This document shows positions 1 to 9,854 of a DNA stretch of 64,000 nucleotides, in pieces. The stretch covers positions 5,381 through 69,380 of the forward strand of contig CABMJJ010000001.1 in NCBI GenBank assembly GCA_902386555.1. The letters run 5' to 3'. Each line of letters starts with the position of its first letter. Within the stretch, counting starts at the first letter, position 1. The notes below the pieces were generated by a model, which worked only from the letters and a program-made list of their open reading frames with translations, had not been told where the DNA came from and ran no database searches. The stretch comes from Candidatus Bilamarchaeum dharawalense. GTDB lineage: Archaea > Micrarchaeota > Micrarchaeia > Anstonellales > Bilamarchaeaceae. The position numbers and the translations under genes were made by a program.

Positions 1-189
1 AAAAGTCTTGAAGTTGTTAAAGGTTATTGTGAAGCAAATTGTGCGGGATTAATGCCGGATACCATGATCCAATTCGAAAGATTTGGATTTTGTAGACTTG
101 ATGAAATGCCATCCATGGTTCAGTGTGCAAAACCAGGACCCCTCAGAAACTCGCAGGCCACACCATTGAAATTTATTTTTACCTGTTGA
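1..189 (+). CDS. gltX: glutamyl-tRNA synthetase (archaeal/eukaryotic type), C-terminal fragment; gene starts upstream of window
   Basis: Frame 1 is open from nt 1 to TGA 187-189. The translation ...GLMPDTMIQFERFGFCRLDEMPS...KFIFTC* carries the QFERxGFxRxD block typical of the C-terminus of this synthetase class. Confidence 0.6.
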   Translation, partial: KSLEVVKGYCEANCAGLMPDTMIQFERFGFCRLDEMPSMVQCAKPGPLRNSQATPLKFIFTC

Positions 190-193
190 TGCT

Positions 194-376
194 ATGTCCT
201 TCTGCCCCAAATGTAAAAAAGAAGTTATTCAGTATTCTATTCCATCAGGTGCCGAGAATTCTGGGGAGATAGTTGAATCAATGCGATCCTGGGCAAAAAA
301 AGAAGGCAAACTTATTCTTTTCAATCAATTTGATATTCAGAAATGTCCTGTTTGTTCATCTGATCTAACAGATTGA
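194..376 (+). CDS. small zinc-ribbon protein
   Basis: 60-aa ORF with CPKC near the N-terminus and CPVC near the C-terminus. Its 3' end overlaps the convergent ORF 337..1008 by 40 nt, so one of the two ends is uncertain. Confidence 0.4.
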   Translation: MSFCPKCKKEVIQYSIPSGAENSGEIVESMRSWAKKEGKLILFNQFDIQKCPVCSSDLTD

Positions 377-1008
377 CGATAAATTTCTTTGACCAATTGC
401 AATGCCTCGGCTTTATCCAATAGGTAGACGGAATATAGGTAAGCAATTGTTGACTCGGCACAAAGTTGCATCATAAGTTGTTTTGGAATTTTTGTATTTT
501 TTTCTTCAATTTTGATCAATATTGTGCCTTTTGATGTGGGTATTGTTATGGTGGAACCATCCATTTGAAGTTTCATGTTGCAATCAAATTTTTGGGTTGA
601 GTGAACGGCAATTGCTGAAAAATTATCGCCCTGAAGATAGATATTCCCGCAATTTATTGCACGAACATAGATTCCAAACCTACCTTCTGGAAGTATATTC
701 AGGTTTCTTCTAACCTTTCCTTTTAGAAATCTGGGTGTTCTTTGCGAATACTCTTTTATGTAATCAATTCCTTCCCTAGTAAATAAAACTGCGAGATTTG
801 CATGTTCCAGAGTACTCTTTGTTTGTTTATCAAAACAAAATGTTTCGGCCCGGAAGATTCGTGGGACAGTAACACATATTTTTGGCAGGTCCACTGTTGC
901 ACAGGAAAACAATTGGCTACTGGCCATTAACAGAGATACCCCGCATGCAAGAAAATATGTTTTGAATTTTGTTGACCTGTCAGGTCTTTGGGTATCCCTA
1001 AGCATCAT
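337..1008 (-). CDS. hypothetical protein with N-terminal hydrophobic signal/anchor
   Basis: 223-aa ORF. The N-terminal basic stretch is followed by FLACGVSLLMASSQLFSC (signal or lipoprotein-like). No recognisable catalytic motif. Confidence 0.5.
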   Translation of the reverse strand: MMLRDTQRPDRSTKFKTYFLACGVSLLMASSQLFSCATVDLPKICVTVPRIFRAETFCFDKQTKSTLEHANLAVLFTREGIDYIKEYSQRTPRFLKGKVRRNLNILPEGRFGIYVRAINCGNIYLQGDNFSAIAVHSTQKFDCNMKLQMDGSTITIPTSKGTILIKIEEKNTKIPKQLMMQLCAESTIAYLYSVYLLDKAEALQLVKEIYRQSVRSDEQTGHF

Positions 1009-1080
1009 TTTGATGTCAATGTTGGCAAGTCATTTATAAATTTTCCTTGTTTATCTCAATTATAAAATTAAGGGATTTTT

Positions 1081-1608
1081 ATGGCAAGACAAGGATTTGA
1101 TTTTAAAAAAATGCTACTGGCTTCGTTACTGATTATTGCTATCGGGATTGTTTTTTCTGTAATCTCTATTATTTTACAAATTATTCCGGTTGTTACACCC
1201 GAAGATCTGTTATCCACGGTTAGTCTAATCGGTATGATCTACACTATCCTTCTATTTCCAATTTTTGTTGTATTGTTTTTATGGAGTGGTATGCGTGCAG
1301 CAAAAAATTATGGTTTCGATGTTGTTGGTGCAGGTTTTGTTGCTGCATTTTCCTACTTTATCATTGCAATGGTAAACCTTCTTGTTAATGCTGTTCTTGC
1401 TTTAATTGTGGTGAGTAAACCAATCGATAATTTTGGTTTTGGTTCATTGGAATCAGTGATTTCTTCGGTTCTGTTTAGTGGAGTGACCGGAATAAGCGGC
1501 GTTGGATTATCTGCACTTTGCGGTCTTGGTATTACACTGGTAGGTATAATGATAAATTTCGTAGTCGGCGGCCTTGGTGCGTGGATAGTTCTTAGAAAAC
1601 GTGTTTAA
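1081..1608 (+). CDS. multi-pass membrane protein, paralog of 22263..22760
   Basis: 175 aa, four or more hydrophobic segments. It shares N-terminal FDFKKM/MDFKKI, a central SG(M/Y)R..K.(Y/F)G, and C-terminal (I/V)N(F/L)V(V/I)GGL(G/C)A(W/Y) with the ORF at 22263..22760. Confidence 0.7.
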   Translation: MARQGFDFKKMLLASLLIIAIGIVFSVISIILQIIPVVTPEDLLSTVSLIGMIYTILLFPIFVVLFLWSGMRAAKNYGFDVVGAGFVAAFSYFIIAMVNLLVNAVLALIVVSKPIDNFGFGSLESVISSVLFSGVTGISGVGLSALCGLGITLVGIMINFVVGGLGAWIVLRKRV

Positions 1609-1617
1609 ATTTTTTAT

Positions 1618-1642
1618 TAACGAATTAAAAAATTCGTTATTT
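1618..1642 (+). terminator. hairpin plus T-tract downstream of membrane protein gene
   Basis: TAACGAATT-AAAA-AATTCGTTA forms a perfect 9-bp stem (1618-1639) followed by TTT, 10 nt after the stop codon. Confidence 0.35.
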
Positions 1643-1740
1643 GCCGACGGGCCATTACTATCCTTTATATTATTTGCGCATGAAATCATGATGCTCAAAA
1701 AAACTAGGCGGGTTTAGGTACCTCCTTGGCGGGAGATAAT

Positions 1741-3846
1741 ATGGGAATAACAAAAATACGCAAACGCGACGGATCTATTGTTGATTTTAACAAAGAAAAA
1801 ATCATCAATGCTATTTTCAAAGCAGCTCAATCTGTGGGTGGCAGTAATCGTTCGGAAGCAGAAACTGTTGCAGATTTGGTTGTCAAATATATTAGTGAGA
1901 AATTTGCAGAAGCATATACTCCAACTGTTGAAGAAATTCAGGATTTGGTTGAAAAAGCACTTATCGAATCAGGGCATGCAGCAACTGCCAAATCATACAT
2001 CATCTATAGACACAGGAAAAACATTGAACGTGAAATGAAAAAAGCACTTGGTGTTGAGGATGATCTCAAACTTCCATTGAATTCTATTCAAGTACTTGAA
2101 AAAAGATATCTTCTCAAAGATGAGACTGGAAAAACAATAGAAACCCCTAGTGGACTGTTTAGACGGGTTGCAAGACATCTTGCATCCAATGAGATGAACT
2201 ATGGTGCAGATGAAACCATTGCCAAAAGATATGAAGATGCTTTTTACCAGGTTATGACAAATTTTGAATTCTTGCCCAATTCCCCAGCACTTATGAATGC
2301 AGGTACTGGCATTGGACAACTTTCAGCTTGTTTTGTTTTACCAGTAAAAGATGACATTGAACAAATATTCGAATCGGTTAAACATCAGGCAATTATTCAT
2401 AAAACCGGCGGTGGAACCGGATTCTGTTTCTCCTACCTTAGGCCAAAAGGAGATTTTGTTAAAAGTACTGCTGGCGTGGCTTCCGGCCCGATTTCATTCA
2501 TGAGTGCCTTTGACAATGCCACCAATGTTATCAAACAAGGTGGTAAAAGAAGAGGCGCGAACATGGCCACACTGCACGTTTGGCATCCAGACATCGAAGA
2601 ATTTATTACCATGAAACAAACGCCAGGTGTGATGGAGAATTTCAATGTTAGTGTAATGGTTGATGATAAATTCATGCAGGCGGTTGAGGCTAATGTGGAT
2701 TATGATCTTACCAATCCAAGAAATGGACAGGTAATTAGAAAAGTAAATGCACGAAGTCTGTTCAAATTGATTGCCTACAGTGCCTGGAAATCTGCAGAAC
2801 CTGGTCTTCTGTTCATCGATGAGATCAACCGAAAAAATCCAACCCCCGATGCTGATATTCACGCAACAAATCCTTGTGGTGAAGTTCCCATGCCAGATTA
2901 CGAATCCTGTAATCTTGGCAGTATCAATCTTGTGAAATTTGTTGAACTTGATTGGAGTAAAACCAACTGGAAAAAGAAGGTGGATTGGAACCGACTTAGA
3001 TATGTTACTCGCGTGGCGTTCCAATTCTTGGATAATGTTATTGATCTCAACAAATACCCAATTCCACAGATAAAAGAACAAACCATGAAAAATAGAAGAA
3101 TTGGTCTGGGTGTCATGGGATTTTCAAGAATGCTTTTCAAAATGGGCATTCGCTATGATTCTGAACTTGGATATGAAGTTGGCGAACAGATAATGAAGTT
3201 CATAGAAGATGAAGCAACGAAAATGAGTCACGAACTTGGCAGGGCAAGAGGTTCATTCCCAAATTTTAAAAACAGCCCACTTTCAAAGCAATATGATGCC
3301 ATGAGAAATGCAACCTGTACCTCCATCGCACCAACCGGAACCATCTCCATGATAGCAAACACCAGCAGTGGTATCGAACCTGTTTTTGCATTATCTTTCC
3401 TCAAAACTGTTCGAGCTGGACAATACTATTATTGTGATGATATCTTTGAACATGTTATGAAAGTCCGTGGACTTTATAGCCAGGAATTAATGCAGAAAAT
3501 TATGGAGGAGGGTACCATCGCTCACATTGATGAGGTTCCCGATGACGTAAAAAATGTTTTCCGCGTTTCCCATGATATATCTCCAGAATCCCATGTTCTT
3601 ATGCAGTCGGCATTCCAGAAAAATGTTGGCCTGGCAGTTAGTAAAACAATTAATATGCCAGCCAATGCAACTGTTGAAGATGTTGAAAATGTCTATCTTC
3701 TTGCATGGAAAAGTGGCTGTAAGGGCATTACCATCTACCGAGATAGTTCACGATCAGAACAGGTCCTCCATGTTGGGAAAACTGTAAAGACAAAGGGTGT
3801 TGAAGAAGACAAAAATGTCATGCTTCAACAGGCGGTTGTTAAATAA
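1741..3846 (+). CDS. nrdJ: class II (adenosylcobalamin-dependent) ribonucleotide reductase with N-terminal ATP-cone
   Basis: ATP-cone ITKIRKRDGSIVDFNKEKIINAI. Active-site ATNPCGEVPM. C-terminal SGCKGITIYRDSSR. ATG 1741 is preceded by GGAGAT. The ORF track starts at an upstream TTG (1726). Confidence 0.9.
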   Translation: MGITKIRKRDGSIVDFNKEKIINAIFKAAQSVGGSNRSEAETVADLVVKYISEKFAEAYTPTVEEIQDLVEKALIESGHAATAKSYIIYRHRKNIEREMKKALGVEDDLKLPLNSIQVLEKRYLLKDETGKTIETPSGLFRRVARHLASNEMNYGADETIAKRYEDAFYQVMTNFEFLPNSPALMNAGTGIGQLSACFVLPVKDDIEQIFESVKHQAIIHKTGGGTGFCFSYLRPKGDFVKSTAGVASGPISFMSAFDNATNVIKQGGKRRGANMATLHVWHPDIEEFITMKQTPGVMENFNVSVMVDDKFMQAVEANVDYDLTNPRNGQVIRKVNARSLFKLIAYSAWKSAEPGLLFIDEINRKNPTPDADIHATNPCGEVPMPDYESCNLGSINLVKFVELDWSKTNWKKKVDWNRLRYVTRVAFQFLDNVIDLNKYPIPQIKEQTMKNRRIGLGVMGFSRMLFKMGIRYDSELGYEVGEQIMKFIEDEATKMSHELGRARGSFPNFKNSPLSKQYDAMRNATCTSIAPTGTISMIANTSSGIEPVFALSFLKTVRAGQYYYCDDIFEHVMKVRGLYSQELMQKIMEEGTIAHIDEVPDDVKNVFRVSHDISPESHVLMQSAFQKNVGLAVSKTINMPANATVEDVENVYLLAWKSGCKGITIYRDSSRSEQVLHVGKTVKTKGVEEDKNVMLQQAVVK

Positions 3847-3860
3847 TTTTTACATCCTTT

Positions 3861-4553
3861 TTATTCAAATAAAACTTCGTCTGGATAGATTACACAACCC
3901 TTTTCAGTTATCTTGAATGGGACTCGTTTAAGCGAATGTTCGGTGTATCTCATTTTTCTAACAAATATAGATCTGGTAAAGGTATTCCTACGTGCATCAG
4001 CCAATAATTCAAGCGAAAGTACCCCGTCCACAACAAATTCTTCAAACCCATTAACTGAGTAGGCTTCCTTACCTTCAGGAACATCGGAAATGGCCAGACT
4101 TATGATGCCCAATTGTTGAATTTTACGACTGAGAAGCATCAACCCTCTTCTTCGTTCTTCAGGTTTAACAAAAAATGCACTGGCAATGGTATAGGAATCA
4201 ATTACCATTCTCTTTGCATTGATTTTTTTTACAGCTGCCGTGATATTCTCTTCCAATGATTCGAACTTGTAAATGGACGGTGCCACGATGGTTAGTTTGT
4301 TTTTATCTATAAGATCCTGGAAATCCCAGCCATATTGCTTTGCTGATGCTATAATTTTTGAAGGTTCTTGCTCCAGTGAGATCAAAACTCCGGGTTCATT
4401 TAATTTAGTAGCACCTGCATGTAAGAATTGAAGGGCCAGCGTACTCTTCCCAGTTCCCGTACCGCCAGCAACCATAACCAGACTACCTTCTGGAAAACCA
4501 CCACCAAGCAAACTATCCAATCCAGAAATTCCAGAAGCTATTTTTTTAGACAT
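3861..4553 (-). CDS. single-domain KaiC/RadA-like RecA-superfamily ATPase
   Basis: GISGLDSLLGGGFPEGSLVMVAGGTGTGKSTLALQF (Walker A), 230 aa, typical of archaeal COG0467-type KaiC-like proteins. Confidence 0.8.
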   Translation of the reverse strand: MSKKIASGISGLDSLLGGGFPEGSLVMVAGGTGTGKSTLALQFLHAGATKLNEPGVLISLEQEPSKIIASAKQYGWDFQDLIDKNKLTIVAPSIYKFESLEENITAAVKKINAKRMVIDSYTIASAFFVKPEERRRGLMLLSRKIQQLGIISLAISDVPEGKEAYSVNGFEEFVVDGVLSLELLADARRNTFTRSIFVRKMRYTEHSLKRVPFKITEKGCVIYPDEVLFE

Positions 4554-4684
4554 ATTTTTCTATCCTCTACTAGTGCTCTATTCCTACCTTTTTAATCTTT
4601 TCTTCATATCCCATATTTGGACATAACCAATAGTTATAAAACTTTTTCACGATAGTTGCTTATTCGAATAACCAGGGTGTTGTT

Positions 4685-5695
4685 ATGCCACTAGTCCCAA
4701 TGAAACAAATACTTGACGAAGCTGCAAAAGGCGGGTATGGTGTACCCCATTTTAACGTAAATAATATGGAACAGGCTCAAGCCATAATGCGTGCAGCCGA
4801 AAAAGTATCATCACCAGTCATAATGGCAGCGTCCCGAGGTGCATTGAAATATTCTGATTTAATATACCTCAAGCATATCATGTTTGCTTCTGCAGAAAAG
4901 TATCCTAGGATTCCACTAGCACTTCATTTAGACCACGGTAACAGTCTGGAGACAATAAAAACCGCAATCTCCCTCGGTTTCACTTCAGTCATGATTGACG
5001 GTTCATTGAAAGAGGATGGTAAGACACCCACTAGTTTTGAGGAAAATGTGGCAGTAACCAGGCAAGTAGTGGAGTATGCACATCCTTTTGGGGTTACTGT
5101 TGAGGGCGAACTAGGTTGTTTAGGTGGCATAGAAGATGGAGTGGGTTCGGGCCACTCCAAACTTACCGATCCAAACCAAGTTGAGGAATTTCTTAAACTC
5201 ACCGGTGTTGATGCATTGGCTGTGGCTATAGGTACCTCTCATGGTGCATATAAATTCAAAATAAAGCCGGATCCTGAAAAAAATTTACTCGCAATGGATA
5301 TTATCAAAAGCATCCATAAAAAGTGCCCACAACTCCACATGGTCATGCATGGTTCATCTTCTGTGCCAAGCGAACTCATTGCGGAGATAAATAAGTATGG
5401 TGGCAAGATGGCACCGACTTACGGGGTTCCACTTTGGGCAATTAAAGAAGGAATAGCTGCAGGTGTACGAAAAATAAATGTGGATACTGATCTTCGCTTA
5501 GCTGTAACTGCAACAGTTAGAAAATATTTTCATGATAACCCAGATAAATTCGATCCGCGAGATTATCTTACTCCTGCCAGGGATGCCATGCAAAAAATTA
5601 TCGAAGAACGATTTGTGGCATTTGGTTCGGCAGGCCACGCGTTTGATTACAAACCAATGACTTTAGAGGATGCAAAAAAATTCTATAGACATTGA
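4685..5695 (+). CDS. fba: fructose-bisphosphate aldolase, class II
   Basis: MPLVPMKQILDEAAKGGYGVPHFNVNNMEQ..., LHLDHG, GELGCLGG, IGTSHGAYKF: class II (metal-dependent) FBA signature blocks. Confidence 0.9.
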   Translation: MPLVPMKQILDEAAKGGYGVPHFNVNNMEQAQAIMRAAEKVSSPVIMAASRGALKYSDLIYLKHIMFASAEKYPRIPLALHLDHGNSLETIKTAISLGFTSVMIDGSLKEDGKTPTSFEENVAVTRQVVEYAHPFGVTVEGELGCLGGIEDGVGSGHSKLTDPNQVEEFLKLTGVDALAVAIGTSHGAYKFKIKPDPEKNLLAMDIIKSIHKKCPQLHMVMHGSSSVPSELIAEINKYGGKMAPTYGVPLWAIKEGIAAGVRKINVDTDLRLAVTATVRKYFHDNPDKFDPRDYLTPARDAMQKIIEERFVAFGSAGHAFDYKPMTLEDAKKFYRH

Positions 5696-5759
5696 TTTGA
5701 TATTTTTCATTTCCAAAATCTTTAAATAACTCATTTTCAATAGTCAATCTACTGATTGT

Positions 5760-6692
5760 ATGGATCCGAAACTAGAAAAACAATTTCTTAAAGTAACCGA
5801 GGCCGCAGCCATTGCCAGTTTTGCATGGGTTGGAAAAAACGACAAACATGCAGCTGATGAAGCAGCAACCCAGGCCATGAGGAAGGCGTTTAATTCCATT
5901 GATTTTGACGGCACAGTGGTTATTGGTGAAGGTGAAAGGGACGAAGCTCCAATGCTTTATATTGGTGAAAAACTCGGGTCGGGTAAAGGTCCGAAGATGG
6001 ACATTGCAGTGGATCCTCTGGATGGTACCAATCTGGCAGCCAGGGGAGTGGACAATGCAGTCTGCGTTCTTGCATCTGCTCCAGCTAAAAATCTATTCCA
6101 TGCTCCTGACACTTATATGGATAAAATTGCAGTGGGCCCTAGGATCGGTCCTGTTGTATCGTTATCAAAATCAATAGAGGAAAATCTTGATGCAATTGCA
6201 AAAAAATCAGGTAAAAAAATGGCTGATATTACTGTGGTTGTTCTTGATCGACCTCGTCACGCAGAGATTATTTCCAGAGTAAAAGCCAAAGGTGCCCAGA
6301 TCAAACTTATCGCAGAAGGGGATGTTTTTGGTGCAATAATTACTGCATTTGACAAGGCAGATGTGCTTTTGGGCATAGGAGCAGCACCGGAAGGGGTTCT
6401 TGCAGCAACTGCATTGAAAATTCTCGGTGGTTATTTTGAAGGTAGGTTAAAACCAAGGGACATGAAAGATGAAAAACGTGCGATTTCCATGGGCGCAGAC
6501 ATTAACAAGATATATACAATAGATGAACTGGTCAAAGGTGAGGATTTATTTTTTGTAGCTACCTCTGTGACCAATGGTTTTCTTATGAAAGGTATTCACG
6601 CGGAAGGCGGACGGATTACAACTCATTCATTGATCCTCACAAGTGCCACTAAAAAAGCCGTTTTCGTCCAAACAACCGAGGATTCAAAATGA
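5760..6692 (+). CDS. glpX: fructose-1,6-bisphosphatase class II (GlpX type)
   Basis: VTEAAAIASFAWVGKNDKHAADEAATQAMR, GEGERDEAPMLYIGE, DPLDGTN: GlpX blocks. Immediately downstream of fba. Confidence 0.9.
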   Translation: MDPKLEKQFLKVTEAAAIASFAWVGKNDKHAADEAATQAMRKAFNSIDFDGTVVIGEGERDEAPMLYIGEKLGSGKGPKMDIAVDPLDGTNLAARGVDNAVCVLASAPAKNLFHAPDTYMDKIAVGPRIGPVVSLSKSIEENLDAIAKKSGKKMADITVVVLDRPRHAEIISRVKAKGAQIKLIAEGDVFGAIITAFDKADVLLGIGAAPEGVLAATALKILGGYFEGRLKPRDMKDEKRAISMGADINKIYTIDELVKGEDLFFVATSVTNGFLMKGIHAEGGRITTHSLILTSATKKAVFVQTTEDSK

Positions 6693-7150
6693 AAACTCAG
6701 GAAATATTTCTTTATTTTCTTATTATTGTTCTTATTGTCCTAATCGTTTATTTCATCACTGCTAAGGGTGATAAAAGAAGAATCACGATAATTAACAGTG
6801 ATGGTAAATCGGTGGATATAGAAGCAGAAATGGCCAATGATAGTGCCACCAAAGCAAAGGGTTTGATGGGTCGTACGAGTCTTGGGCAAAACGAAGGCAT
6901 GCTTTTCACCTTTCCAAAGGCCGGAAAATACGGTTTTTGGATGTTTAATACGTCCATAGCATTGGATGCCATTCACTTTGATGAAAATGGAACGGTGGTG
7001 GATATTATTGCAATGGAACCATGCGGATTAACAAACTGCAGTCAATATTACCCAAAAACAGATTCGAAATATGTTCTAGAAGTCAATGTTGGTTTTGCTA
7101 AAAAGAACAAGATTTTTATTGGAAAAAGCAAATTGAAAGAGCTTCCATAA
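6689..7150 (+). CDS. DUF192 family protein with N-terminal TM anchor
   Basis: KGLMGRTSLGQNEGMLFTFPKAGKYGFWMFNTSIALDAIHFDENG matches the DUF192/COG1430 pattern. Its start overlaps the glpX stop (ATGA). Confidence 0.7.
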   Translation: MKTQEIFLYFLIIVLIVLIVYFITAKGDKRRITIINSDGKSVDIEAEMANDSATKAKGLMGRTSLGQNEGMLFTFPKAGKYGFWMFNTSIALDAIHFDENGTVVDIIAMEPCGLTNCSQYYPKTDSKYVLEVNVGFAKKNKIFIGKSKLKELP

Positions 7151-7286
7151 TCCAATTAGCTTAAAAAATAGAAACGCTTTGGGCAGGGGGATGGTTATGT
7201 TTGCCCATAAGCGTATCCTCTCATAAGAAAGGATCATATCTAGGTAAGACTGACCAAAATTGAATTAAACTGATTATTCGAGCACG

Positions 7287-7296
7287 TTTTTTTAAA
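7287..7296 (+). promoter_or_regulatory. TATA-like box upstream of diphthine synthase gene
   Basis: TTTTTTAAAT is centred about 27 nt upstream of ATG 7319 with no SD in between, consistent with a leaderless archaeal transcript. Confidence 0.35.
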
Positions 7297-7318
7297 TGTT
7301 ATCACATTCATTTAAGCC

Positions 7319-8023
7319 ATGACGCTATTTTTAGTTGGGTTAGGTGTTTCCTGCGATATTACATTATCCGGTTTGGAAGCAATTCAAACAGCCGATAACG
7401 TGTATATCGAGACCTACACCAATCCTCTTGATGAAGAAACCATTCAAAACCTAGAGAAAAAAACAGGTAAAAAATTTGAAAAATTAGAAAGAGACAAATT
7501 GGAAAGCTCTTTTCTAGTGAATCAGGCAAAATCGTCAAATGTTTGTGTTCTGATATCTGGAGATCCGTTAACTGCTACGACTCACGTAACCCTTGTGGTG
7601 GAGGCCAAACAAAAAAATATCCCTGTTCAGGTGATTCATAATTCTTCAATTTATTCTACTGCGCCTGCACGATCCGGTCTTCAGATATATAGATTTGGAA
7701 AAACCGCCAGTCTGGTCAATCCAAGACCAAATTACAAACCTGTTTCCTCATTGGATATCATAAGAGAGAATCTTACAAGAAATTTGCATACGCTGGTCCT
7801 TTTGGATACTGAACCTCAGCCCATGGAGGCTAAGGTAGCCCTGGAAATGCTTTCTGAGTTTGAAACCGCAGTTGTTTTGTCCTGTGTTGGGCACAAAGAT
7901 GAAAAAATAGTTTTTGGCAAAGTTAAAAATCTAATCGGCATTGAACTTGGCAAACCGCCATTCACCCTGATCATCCCTGCAAAACTTCACCATATAGAAG
8001 AAGAATATCTGAATCTTTTCTAA
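7319..8023 (+). CDS. dph5: diphthine synthase
   Basis: MTLFLVGLGV...DNVYIETYTN...VCVLISGDPLTATTH...YRFGKT: tetrapyrrole-methylase fold with diphthine synthase blocks. This is an archaeal/eukaryotic marker. Confidence 0.85.
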   Translation: MTLFLVGLGVSCDITLSGLEAIQTADNVYIETYTNPLDEETIQNLEKKTGKKFEKLERDKLESSFLVNQAKSSNVCVLISGDPLTATTHVTLVVEAKQKNIPVQVIHNSSIYSTAPARSGLQIYRFGKTASLVNPRPNYKPVSSLDIIRENLTRNLHTLVLLDTEPQPMEAKVALEMLSEFETAVVLSCVGHKDEKIVFGKVKNLIGIELGKPPFTLIIPAKLHHIEEEYLNLF

Positions 8024-9066
8024 AATAATGTGGTTTGACAATCCATATCCATGAAATTTGCAAATCTGATACCAATTCTTCGTATTTCCATATTATTCTC
8101 GCTTAAAAATTCACTAACTAAAGCTTCCATATCTTTAGAAATGTCTTCATTCCAGGATTTTGGGTTTCTAAATGAAGTGGACTTGGTGTGAGTTTTAAGA
8201 TCCTCAGTGATAAATGTAATACTCAAAGTCTTATATGATTTTTTCATATTCATAAGCCATTCTTTAGCTTCATTTTCCAATTCCGTGAGCTTTGACAACA
8301 AAAGATAGGAATCACGGGTGGATTCCTTTAACGTGCCTATTCTACTAACCTCGTCCTGGGGTTTTTCTTCACCGATGTCCTGGTCAAAATTCCCTGATGA
8401 TAAATTATGAAGCCAACCACCGGTTTTTCTACCAAAAATCTCGGCAAGAGTAACTACACTTATATTTCGTAAGTCCTTGACTTTTGCAGCACCTATTTGA
8501 TTTAACGCAGCCACTGTCTTGGGTCCTATTCCAGGCACTTTTTCAAGTGATGATTCATCGATAAATCTCCTTTCTTCGGATTTATCAAGAATTAGAAGAC
8601 CATTTGGCTTTGATTTTGATGCTGCCATTTTTGCACCTAGAATGGATGGGGCAACACCCACACTGCAGGTAAGCCCAAGTTCGTTTTTGATGCTATCCTT
8701 TAATCGTGCTGCCTTATCGATCGCATTTTTATCCTCCACATTCCATTCATCTATACTTGCCTGGACCACACGATCGCAGGACCTACGGATAATCTGATCC
8801 AACCGCAAAGAAGTCTGTTCGTAATATTCGCGATCAATGGGTACAAAAATAGAATCTGCGGGTGGGGCTCTTTTTTTGGCAAATGCAATTGGCATACCTG
8901 AATGAATGCCGATCTCTCGCCCGAGATAATTTACCGTACTAACAACACCAGAATCTTCGGTTCTTCCACTATAAACACAGACGACAATAATCTTGTTTTT
9001 AGCCATGGGTCTGCGTTTTTCTTCAAGTTGGGCAAAGAAATAGTCCATGTCAAGATGAAGATACAT
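8020..9066 (-). CDS. dinB: Y-family DNA polymerase IV (Dpo4/DinB)
   Basis: MYLHLDMDYFFAQLEEKRRP..., SIDEWNVED, GVAPSILGAKMAS, LEKVPGIGPKT. Confidence 0.9.
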   Translation of the reverse strand: MYLHLDMDYFFAQLEEKRRPMAKNKIIVVCVYSGRTEDSGVVSTVNYLGREIGIHSGMPIAFAKKRAPPADSIFVPIDREYYEQTSLRLDQIIRRSCDRVVQASIDEWNVEDKNAIDKAARLKDSIKNELGLTCSVGVAPSILGAKMAASKSKPNGLLILDKSEERRFIDESSLEKVPGIGPKTVAALNQIGAAKVKDLRNISVVTLAEIFGRKTGGWLHNLSSGNFDQDIGEEKPQDEVSRIGTLKESTRDSYLLLSKLTELENEAKEWLMNMKKSYKTLSITFITEDLKTHTKSTSFRNPKSWNEDISKDMEALVSEFLSENNMEIRRIGIRFANFMDMDCQTTLF

Positions 9067-9116
9067 AATGTGAATAAGTTGAAAGGATTATTTAGTTTGT
9101 GCTTATTATCTAACTG

Positions 9117-9854
9117 ATGAAACTTTATGATGAAATGGCAGAATATTACGATCTGATCTATTGTGATGATATAGATCTGAAATTTTATATTTGCGAAGCC
9201 AAAAATTCAAGAGGAAGCGTTCTTGAAGTCGCATGCGGTACGGGTCGTATCCTTCTACGGCTCCTTTCTGAAGGCATTGACATAATGGGGTTCGATCTAT
9301 CTGATGGAATGTTAGGTGTTCTGAAAGCCAAAGCAGACAAACTTGGGCTGACCCCACATACCTTGAAAGCAGATATGCTGGATTTTAGAATTAATAAAAA
9401 ATTCAAGTTGATTATAGTTCCCTATAGAAGTTTTCTTCATCTGAAGAATGATGAGGAAAGAAGGACCGCACTCCGGAATTTCAGAGATCATTTGGATAGG
9501 GATGGGAGATTAATTCTACATACCTATAATCCCTCTCCTCAGGATTATGAACTGACAGATGAACTTCACCATTTTGCCACTGAAGAGCTATCCGATCCGG
9601 ATGGTCACCAGTACAAACTTGAATGGTTTCTTAGATATGAACCAAAAACTAAACTAGGCCATTATGAAATAGAACTCTATCTGAAAGATGGAGTGAAAAA
9701 ACGGTTTACAATGGATATCGCATATCTGCAGAAGAATGAACTATTCAATTTGATTAAATCCTGCGGTTACAAAAATATCAAGATTTACTGTGGCTTTGAA
9801 TACATGCCGTTCCATAAAGATTGTAAGGAGGCGATATGGATTGCCGATTTTTGA
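9117..9854 (+). CDS. class I SAM-dependent methyltransferase
   Basis: Motif I VLEVACGTGRILLRL followed by the acidic loop GFDLSDGML. Confidence 0.8.
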   Translation: MKLYDEMAEYYDLIYCDDIDLKFYICEAKNSRGSVLEVACGTGRILLRLLSEGIDIMGFDLSDGMLGVLKAKADKLGLTPHTLKADMLDFRINKKFKLIIVPYRSFLHLKNDEERRTALRNFRDHLDRDGRLILHTYNPSPQDYELTDELHHFATEELSDPDGHQYKLEWFLRYEPKTKLGHYEIELYLKDGVKKRFTMDIAYLQKNELFNLIKSCGYKNIKIYCGFEYMPFHKDCKEAIWIADF

